From: Candidatus Micrarchaeota archaeon
Lineage (GTDB): Archaea > Micrarchaeota > Micrarchaeia > Anstonellales > JAGGVH01
Length of the DNA: 64,000 nt
NCBI GenBank assembly: GCA_021158105.1
Contig: JAGGVH010000038.1
Span: forward strand, 11,387-75,386
Direction of reading: 5' to 3'
Position 1 is the first letter of the stretch. Each line of letters opens with the position of its first letter. The notes beneath the pieces are model-generated. The model saw only the letters and a program-made list of their open reading frames with translations, searched no databases and was not told where the DNA came from. Positions 49,344 to 56,757 of this stretch are shown piece after piece. Both the position numbers and the translations under genes were made by a program.

Positions 49344-50648
49344 TTATAGAAAGTGTGACAACCCAACAATCTTTGATTCGCCTCCCAAGATATATGAAAA
49401 ATACTTAATCGACGCCACCACTGCATACAATGACAATATTGGTGTTACTATTATATACATAGATAATCGCGCTGCCATGTGCTCCCAGCCACCATAATTA
49501 ACCATGAACGCTCCTATGCCTTTAAACATAGCAGCATCAATGAACGTGCGGAGCACAACATACCACATAACATCAATATAAAACTTAAACGTAAGCAATA
49601 CTACAAACCAAAACAAATTAACAACAAAACCTATGACAGTAGTTATTTTATCCCACAACCATTCAAAAACAGTTTCGGCACCAGTATCATTAACACTTTG
49701 TATTGTGTTATCAAACCTTCCAAATATCTGCAATGCACTCTTATAACTATCCAAATTTGTTAGGTCATTATAAAATACCTTACCCTCATCATTGGTTGTG
49801 AGGTATTTGGGATGGTCTGGATAATAAAAAAAGTGATAGTTTATCATATAAAACAACGGACCTATCAAAAACAATGCCAATGCCAATGCTGCAATAAACC
49901 CACCCAATCTTCGTGTTATATAAAAGTTACGCAATACCATGCCCAACACTAAGAACAAAGGAAATATGACTTGTGAAATTAAATCTAAAGCAAAATACTG
50001 TAAAATTACAATGACATATCCAGTCATAAGGATATCAAACAATTCCTGCATCTGTGCAATAAGTATTGTAAACCCTGCACCGGGATAACTTTTCCAACCA
50101 TACTGGTATGTCCCGAGCTGGATGTATGATTCCCTAAAAACCTTATACAAACTACCCTGGTAGAACACATATGATAATGAATCGCCCGCAAGACCCGCAA
50201 TGTCGTGAAGATTGCGCAGTGCTAAACACACATGGACTGGATAATAAACATATTTCTTGCCAGTGTCGCCTGCATATTCCTTTGTAATCAAACATGTATG
50301 ATTGACACTGTTCCATACTGCACCATGGGTCCAACCATCAGAAATATTATTATAAAGAAGAGTGTTTGCAGCATCGGCTTCTGGAAAAAACATTATGACT
50401 GAATTTTCTATCAACCCGTCTGGACCTAACAATATACCCAATGAAAAGAATATCAACCAGAAAAGTAATATGTTCATAAATGCCTGTCCAATCTCCTTTT
50501 TTGCAAACGCCTCCCACTTTGTATGCTTTAAAATGAGAGAAATAAAGTAAACTATAACAGTAATCGCAAGCGAAATGACAGTGCCAATAACCATTAATAA
50601 CGGCACATTGCCCCAATCAAACATATTCCACGGTTCAAACATTACCAC
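49344..50648 (-). CDS. Polytopic membrane protein B3 (counterpart of A3, without Cys-rich inserts)
   Basis: AFAKKEIGQ, LGMVLRNFYITRRLGG and ILGGE. Likely start ATG 50642. Confidence 0.7.
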   Translation of the reverse strand: MVMFEPWNMFDWGNVPLLMVIGTVISLAITVIVYFISLILKHTKWEAFAKKEIGQAFMNILLFWLIFFSLGILLGPDGLIENSVIMFFPEADAANTLLYNNISDGWTHGAVWNSVNHTCLITKEYAGDTGKKYVYYPVHVCLALRNLHDIAGLAGDSLSYVFYQGSLYKVFRESYIQLGTYQYGWKSYPGAGFTILIAQMQELFDILMTGYVIVILQYFALDLISQVIFPLFLVLGMVLRNFYITRRLGGFIAALALALFLIGPLFYMINYHFFYYPDHPKYLTTNDEGKVFYNDLTNLDSYKSALQIFGRFDNTIQSVNDTGAETVFEWLWDKITTVIGFVVNLFWFVVLLTFKFYIDVMWYVVLRTFIDAAMFKGIGAFMVNYGGWEHMAARLSMYIIVTPILSLYAVVASIKYFSYILGGESKIVGLSHFL

Positions 50649-50657
50649 ACCTTTTGA

Positions 50658-51611
50658 TTATACAAACGATTCAAACCATTTTGTAAACGCATTGATTGAT
50701 GTTGTTGTGACGATTATTGAAAACGTTGGGATGACAACGCCTTGAAATCCTATTATAGTAAACCATACTAAAACCTTATAAAACATATAAAAATATAAAT
50801 GAAACAACTTGTTAAGCCCGGGAATAAAATTTAATACGAGATACATCAAATCCCCCGGTGTTCCCCAAACATTGACAACTGATAAAATACTGGTATCAGA
50901 TATATCTTTAATTTGGTTATATATCACGCCACTTGAAATGATATTGGTCATTATATAACCATTTAATGCATACATTGATATAAAAATTACGTATGATGAC
51001 AAGCCAAGGGCAACCATAAAACTGCCAGCCCTGCGCGTCAGGTCAAAAAAACGCAATATCAATCCTGACGATATAAGGTATGGATAGAATGACATTATCG
51101 TCATGATAACCAACAACTGGACGTATAAACTGCCAAGGAGTGGCGAGATAAACATTATCATATAATTGATTAACCTGTCATACAACGTAAAATCCAATAT
51201 TGCCCCTGTGATGACTGACCCGACTGCAAAGGATACTATTGACTTCAAACTCTGGACAAGGCCAAGCAGACCTATCAACGTATTCAACAACAAAGGAACC
51301 TGATGAAAGATTAATGATGAAAGATAATTGTACACATAATCCTCAATCACTGGTGGTGATGATGGATTAATCATAAAAGAAATCAATCCCGGCGATACCC
51401 CTCTAACACCCATGAATATCATGATAAACAGCAGTATAAACCCAAACAGTAAAGAATTCATTATCGCAGTATGGAGGCGAACCTTTGCCATTGCGATGAG
51501 CTGAGGATTTTTTGTCATATTGCCCCAGTAATGTTCAATGACTGTATAACTAAGATAAATCATCAGTGCAACCACAAATATTATACTCGCCACCAGCATA
51601 CAACACACCAA
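50658..51611 (-). CDS. Polytopic membrane protein B2 (counterpart of A2)
   Basis: NPQLIAMAKV and GLILRFFDLTRRAGSFMVA. Short C-terminus like A2. Likely start ATG 51599. Confidence 0.7.
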   Translation of the reverse strand: MVCCMLVASIIFVVALMIYLSYTVIEHYWGNMTKNPQLIAMAKVRLHTAIMNSLLFGFILLFIMIFMGVRGVSPGLISFMINPSSPPVIEDYVYNYLSSLIFHQVPLLLNTLIGLLGLVQSLKSIVSFAVGSVITGAILDFTLYDRLINYMIMFISPLLGSLYVQLLVIMTIMSFYPYLISSGLILRFFDLTRRAGSFMVALGLSSYVIFISMYALNGYIMTNIISSGVIYNQIKDISDTSILSVVNVWGTPGDLMYLVLNFIPGLNKLFHLYFYMFYKVLVWFTIIGFQGVVIPTFSIIVTTTSINAFTKWFESFV

Positions 51612-52913
51612 TTAAACTTTTATGAACATCCTTCTCATTCTGCCAAATCCCAACAACCCTTCCTCACCACCGATCGCAAGGGAAATGTCTTTCATTGAAG
51701 TCAAGAAAATCATCACGTCTAAAATGAATAATAATAATGCAAGCCCGAACTTCTCAGCATACACAGTATATGATGTCAACAATGTTTTTATGTACGCATC
51801 CATTGAATTCCCAAGCCCTACCTTAAACAATGGCACAAAGAAAAATGAAGCAACCTTGACAAGTGCTTTTATTACATCAATCCCGCCTGCAAAATCTTTA
51901 AGTACATCTGATATACTATCCATTGCATAAACCAATCCCACACCTTGGGGTGTTGTTGATAAAATCTCCTCAAAATCGTGGAGCAATTTAGCATGGTTGG
52001 GTTGAGGGGGATTATTATAACTATCATAACCTATCCCGCCAGTATTGGGCCGTTCAGAACTCTCAGACACTGTTTTCAAATCATTTATTATATTCTTAGC
52101 ATCATTAATGTCATCATCTGACGGCATCTTCTGGTTCATCATATTTTTTGTGTATACCGAATAATCACCCAACATATAATCCGGACCAACTATTGCACTT
52201 ATGGGTTCGCCCCAAACATAATTATCAAGCACCATACTGTTTAGGATTAACAACAACGGATATATAAAAAAACCACAGATCGCAAACGCTATAACAGTCG
52301 ACCCTGTCTTTCGTGTTATGGGAAACGCACGCAACACTACTCCTAAAGGTATGAGATATCTCCACGAAAACACTCTAAAAAAGGTTAACAGCTGCTGTTG
52401 AAAATCTATCAATAGTATTCCAGACAAAGAAAGCAAAGAATACTTTTGAAGAAAAGTTAACAGGAATGAAAACCCTGCCAATGGTGAAACATGGTATATT
52501 AAAAAGTAAAAGCCTGTCCCGCTGAACATCCCAAAATAAAAGAGCGTTATCAAGCTTACCAAGAAGAAATTATAAAAATAATGGTGTAGCGAAACAAGAT
52601 AGATGCGTGCATAAGTAAAATAAAAAGGAGCGAGAATATTACCGCCCGTAGCTGGAAACCCGAACGCTGCACGGATGATAATATCAATGAATACTACTGC
52701 AGAACCCAACAACCCAATTATGAAAATGGTTTTTAATACCTCGCCCAGCTCAGTTATCGCCCACCCTTTCATCTCTGGATAATTGAGAAGCGAAGAAATC
52801 ATGTATGCAAGTGCAACACCAATAACACTAATCATAATGCCTACAAGTATCGCCACAACTGCAAACCCTGATATTATTGGCGTGTTGCCAAGAACCGCAT
52901 AACTTATATCCAA
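51612..52913 (-). CDS. Polytopic membrane protein B1 (counterpart of A1)
   Basis: GWAITELGE, IPLGVVLRAFPITRKTGSTVIA and AIGGE. TTG start after GGTGGT. Confidence 0.7.
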   Translation of the reverse strand: MDISYAVLGNTPIISGFAVVAILVGIMISVIGVALAYMISSLLNYPEMKGWAITELGEVLKTIFIIGLLGSAVVFIDIIIRAAFGFPATGGNILAPFYFTYARIYLVSLHHYFYNFFLVSLITLFYFGMFSGTGFYFLIYHVSPLAGFSFLLTFLQKYSLLSLSGILLIDFQQQLLTFFRVFSWRYLIPLGVVLRAFPITRKTGSTVIAFAICGFFIYPLLLILNSMVLDNYVWGEPISAIVGPDYMLGDYSVYTKNMMNQKMPSDDDINDAKNIINDLKTVSESSERPNTGGIGYDSYNNPPQPNHAKLLHDFEEILSTTPQGVGLVYAMDSISDVLKDFAGGIDVIKALVKVASFFFVPLFKVGLGNSMDAYIKTLLTSYTVYAEKFGLALLLFILDVMIFLTSMKDISLAIGGEEGLLGFGRMRRMFIKV

Positions 52914-53041
52914 AATACCACCATAGTCCCTATCTGTTTTGCTAAACTATATCCACTCCACACATTCAAAACAATATTAACAACAGTATTAATTTTTCAT
53001 AGAGTTAAACTATTTAAACTTATCCGTATTTATTTTTGATT

Positions 53042-54205
53042 ATGTACGATGTTGCAATAATAGGTGGAGGACCCGGGGGATTATCTTTTGCAATCCATGC
53101 TGAGAACATAAAATCCATAGTTATAGAAGAACACAAAAGTATTGGCGTGCCTGTCCACTGCGGAGAATGCATCTCAGACCTGTGCCTGAGGAAGTTTGAA
53201 CTTAGACCGCCAAAGGATGCCATCGCCCGTGCAGTTAACGGTGTTAACGTAATATTTCCTGGCAATTCTGAAACTGTGTTGAATGAAAAGGGCTATGTAT
53301 TAAACAAGGACAAGTTTGAACAATACTTAGCAGACATAGCACTCAAAAAAGGAGCAGAAATCAAGACAGGCGCACGGGTAGAAAATATTGAACGCAAAGA
53401 AGGCTATTGGTCTTTAAAGACGTCAGAAGGAACGATTGATGCTAAGATGATTGTTGACGCCAGCGGACAAAACCAGTTAATATCACAGTTGTTAAACATT
53501 AACAAACCTTCAAAAAAGGTTATTGGCATCCAATACAGAATGGATAATGTTGAACTGAACGATTACCTTAACTTTTATTTATGGCAGGAGTATGCACCAC
53601 ACGGTTATGTATGGGTGATACCAAAGTCTATGAAAGAGAATGGTATGGCCAACGTCGGACTGGTCACAGACGACATCAAAAATGCTAAACAAAACCTTGA
53701 CAGGTTTATAAAAGAAAAAGGATGGACAGACATCAAATTTTCGTTTGGTGGTATGATACCGTCGTCAGGCCCGCTAAAACAGACATATTACACTGGTGTG
53801 TTGTTAGTTGGGGATGCGGCGGGGTTTACCTCTCCTTTGTTTGAAGGGGGAACACATTTAGGTTTAATGTCCGGCAAACTCGCTGCACAGGTTGCATCTG
53901 ATGCCGTCAGGACAAATGACTACTCACAGAACAAATTAAAAGAATATGAAGAATTATGGAAGAAGGAATTTCCACCATATAATACAATCATAAAAGGCAA
54001 AGATGCGTTGTATGATAAACTAACAACTGATGACCTTGAAGAGATTGGAAAGCTGCTACCGAAAAACTTTGACAATTTTGGGTGGAAAGAAAAGGTATTG
54101 CTCGGTGCAAAGATGATGATAAAGAATCCTGTCCTTTATAAAAAGAACATATTAGATGCATTGTTTGCACTTGCATATTCTGAAGCAAAATATTATGGGT
54201 GGTAA
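53042..54205 (+). CDS. Geranylgeranyl reductase family (digeranylgeranylglycerophospholipid reductase)
   Basis: GGGPGG FAD motif, PVHCGECIS, APHGYVWVIPK, ANVGL, LVGDAAG..SPLFEGG. Confidence 0.88.
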   Translation: MYDVAIIGGGPGGLSFAIHAENIKSIVIEEHKSIGVPVHCGECISDLCLRKFELRPPKDAIARAVNGVNVIFPGNSETVLNEKGYVLNKDKFEQYLADIALKKGAEIKTGARVENIERKEGYWSLKTSEGTIDAKMIVDASGQNQLISQLLNINKPSKKVIGIQYRMDNVELNDYLNFYLWQEYAPHGYVWVIPKSMKENGMANVGLVTDDIKNAKQNLDRFIKEKGWTDIKFSFGGMIPSSGPLKQTYYTGVLLVGDAAGFTSPLFEGGTHLGLMSGKLAAQVASDAVRTNDYSQNKLKEYEELWKKEFPPYNTIIKGKDALYDKLTTDDLEEIGKLLPKNFDNFGWKEKVLLGAKMMIKNPVLYKKNILDALFALAYSEAKYYGW

Positions 54206-54230
54206 GAAGTAAGAAGGTTGAGGTGATAGT

Positions 54231-55577
54231 ATGAAAGTAAGATTTAGTTTTAAAACCAACAAAAAAGATATTGTATTTAAAGGCGAATATGGCGAATCAT
54301 TATACAACCCAAAAACAAAAGAGCTTACTATAGGATTGGGTGATATTAAAGATGAGCCTCTTGATGCACACAAAATCAAACTGTTGGGCGGAGTAATCGG
54401 ACAAGTCGGCAGGAAATATAATGAAACAACATTTGAGATAACACTCCCAAAAAGTATTGATAAAAGTGAAGAGGTTGTGTGGGTTAGGGAGATTGAATTC
54501 GGAATAAGGGTTTATACTCATTTGATTTCGTTCAAAACTCATGATGAAAACAAAAGATATAAAGTAAAAAAGATTGTGTTCAACAAAAAAGTAAGAACAG
54601 ATGCAAAGATGTTGGCAGATGTAGTAAACATTACAAGGGACTGGGTTGACACGCCTTCTAACATGAAAACACCTGAACTGTTCGCACAGAAAGTTAAGAA
54701 TGCTTTGAAAGGTGTCGCACACGTTGAAATACTTGGTGAGAAAAAACTGAAAGGGGTTGGCATGAACGGGGTGCTCGCAGTCGGTCAGGGAAGCAAACAT
54801 CCTCCAAAGGTTATAATCGCTGAGTATGGCAAGGAATATAAAAAAAATGGAACGTATGCTTTTGTCGGCAAAGGCGTAACGTTTGATTCTGGCGGGATCT
54901 CATTAAAACCTTCAAAAAACATGGACGAGATGAAGAGGGACATGGCGGGTGCAGCTGCAGTGCTTGGTGGACTAATTGCCCTGGCACATGCAAACGTCAA
55001 AAAACATATCATTGCAGTTGCCGGTGTTGTTGAAAACATGCCGGACGGTGGTGCTCAAAGGCCTGGCGACATAATCAAGATGTTCAATGGGAAGACTGTT
55101 GAAGTGCTCAACACTGACGCTGAAGGAAGACTGGTCTTGGCAGACCTGTTATCATACACTGAGAAACGATTCAAACCAAGAATAATGCTTAATTTTGCAA
55201 CATTAACCGGTGCAGTCATTGTAGGGTTGGGACACAGGGTTGCAGGAGTGATGTCTAATGATCAGGATTTAGTGTGTGAAATACTGAATGCCGGAGAAGA
55301 AAGTGGGGACAGGTGTTGGCAATTGCCATTGTGGAATGAATATGCTGAGAACATTGAAAGCAAGATTGCAGACATTACAAACATAGGGAACCCGCCCGGA
55401 GCAGGCAGTATAATCGGTGGGATATTCTTAAAACAGTTTGTTGAAAGAACTAGGTGGGCACATGTTGACATTGCAGGGACTGCATGGTATGACCTGAAAA
55501 AGCCGTTCAGTTTTAGCGGTGCCACAGGGTTTGGTGTAAGATTGATTTATGAATTAGTAAAGAACCACTTATCATAA
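54231..55577 (+). CDS. pepA: Leucyl aminopeptidase (M17)
   Basis: VGKGVTFDSGG, MKRDMAGAA, NTDAEGRLVLAD, ATLTGA, WAHVDIAG. Confidence 0.95.
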   Translation: MKVRFSFKTNKKDIVFKGEYGESLYNPKTKELTIGLGDIKDEPLDAHKIKLLGGVIGQVGRKYNETTFEITLPKSIDKSEEVVWVREIEFGIRVYTHLISFKTHDENKRYKVKKIVFNKKVRTDAKMLADVVNITRDWVDTPSNMKTPELFAQKVKNALKGVAHVEILGEKKLKGVGMNGVLAVGQGSKHPPKVIIAEYGKEYKKNGTYAFVGKGVTFDSGGISLKPSKNMDEMKRDMAGAAAVLGGLIALAHANVKKHIIAVAGVVENMPDGGAQRPGDIIKMFNGKTVEVLNTDAEGRLVLADLLSYTEKRFKPRIMLNFATLTGAVIVGLGHRVAGVMSNDQDLVCEILNAGEESGDRCWQLPLWNEYAENIESKIADITNIGNPPGAGSIIGGIFLKQFVERTRWAHVDIAGTAWYDLKKPFSFSGATGFGVRLIYELVKNHLS

Positions 55578-55629
55578 ATAGGGATAGATAAATAGCAACA
55601 TATTTAAACTAATAAAATCATAACATAAA

Positions 55630-55707
55630 TTGTGATGATCGAGGTGATCTCTGAACTCTTTGCCATGTATGCAAAGGGTTGTGATGAATGACGTGCGGTC
55701 TGAACAT
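55630..55707 (+). ncRNA. Box C/D methylation-guide sRNA (dual guide)
   Basis: C box GTGATGA (55632), 12-nt guide, D' CTGA (55651), hairpin ACTCTTTGC/GCAAAGGGT, C' GTGATGA (55681), 12-nt guide, D CTGA (55700). Intergenic, with TTTAAA about 25 nt upstream. Confidence 0.88.
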
Positions 55708-55758
55708 AAACAAACCCGGCAACCAAAAACTTAAAACCCTTATCATACCAACAGTATT

Positions 55759-56670
55759 ATGCGGTTGGACAACAATGATTACAAGATATTGGATTTACTG
55801 TCCAAAAATTCTAAGTTAAGGATTAAAGAAATTGCCGGGAAACTTAAATTAAAAATGCCAACTGTAGCATATCACTTATCAAAACTATCAAAACATTTTG
55901 TCAGACAACCAATAATAGATTATTATAAGTTTGGTGTTACACCTTACAATTTCTATATAAAACTTAAAGATTTTGAAGATGAGACAAAAGAAGAAATTGA
56001 AGAATTCTCAAAAAAGTTTAAAGAAGTTTATAAGGTATCACATTTAAACGGAACGTTTGATATCATGATAAGTCTGTATATCAGAAATAATGAATCATTC
56101 GCTAAATTTTATGTTCAACTCTTAAAAAAATTCAGCAAGAAAATGATATTCCGGGACATTACCATACCATACAAAAAGATAATCATAACAGGAAACATAT
56201 TCGGTACAACATCAAACAACCCAATATTAATCGCTCCAAACCGCGCTTTACAGCTATCAAAAAACGAAACAAAAATGCTGGACGTGTTTACCACACTAAA
56301 AACAACAAAACAAATAAGCATTGAAACACAACTTGACGAAAAAACCATACGGCGATACATCAGAAACAATGAAAAGAAAAAGGTTATATTGGGTTACACT
56401 ATAAACATCCTGCCCAACCTTGAACTGTATGAAAAGTATTTTGTCAGGTTTAATGTTGGAAATAAAAACGACCTGGTTGCACAGCTCGGCAGGACAAAAG
56501 GGGTAATGGCAATCGAATTCCCAATAGGCAAGTGGGACGTTGAAGCATATGTATTGGCAAAGTCGCATTATGAGTTATCAAAGATAATAAAAAACACAAA
56601 AAGTGCAGTGCCTTCAATATCAAAATATGACATATTATACATAGAAAAGGAAGTGATAAACAATATCTAA
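55759..56670 (+). CDS. Tandem (double) Lrp/AsnC-family transcriptional regulator
   Basis: Two HTH plus RAM-like units: LDNNDYKILDLL...GTFDIMI and LSKNETKML...GKWDVEA. Confidence 0.8.
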   Translation: MRLDNNDYKILDLLSKNSKLRIKEIAGKLKLKMPTVAYHLSKLSKHFVRQPIIDYYKFGVTPYNFYIKLKDFEDETKEEIEEFSKKFKEVYKVSHLNGTFDIMISLYIRNNESFAKFYVQLLKKFSKKMIFRDITIPYKKIIITGNIFGTTSNNPILIAPNRALQLSKNETKMLDVFTTLKTTKQISIETQLDEKTIRRYIRNNEKKKVILGYTINILPNLELYEKYFVRFNVGNKNDLVAQLGRTKGVMAIEFPIGKWDVEAYVLAKSHYELSKIIKNTKSAVPSISKYDILYIEKEVINNI

Positions 56671-56757
56671 ACGTTTAATCATCCTTAAAAATTCGCAAAG
56701 GTTTATATTTTAATTGTTAAATAAACATTTCAATAAACAATTTTTGAGGTGTTAATA

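Noticed and set aside
6354-52913. Integrated conjugative element or provirus
   Set aside because: No integrase, relaxase, capsid or terminase motifs and no att repeats seen; essential genes are interleaved.
55641-55648. GAGGTGAT as an ordinary ribosome-binding site
   Set aside because: No suitably spaced start codon follows, and it sits exactly between the C and D' boxes.
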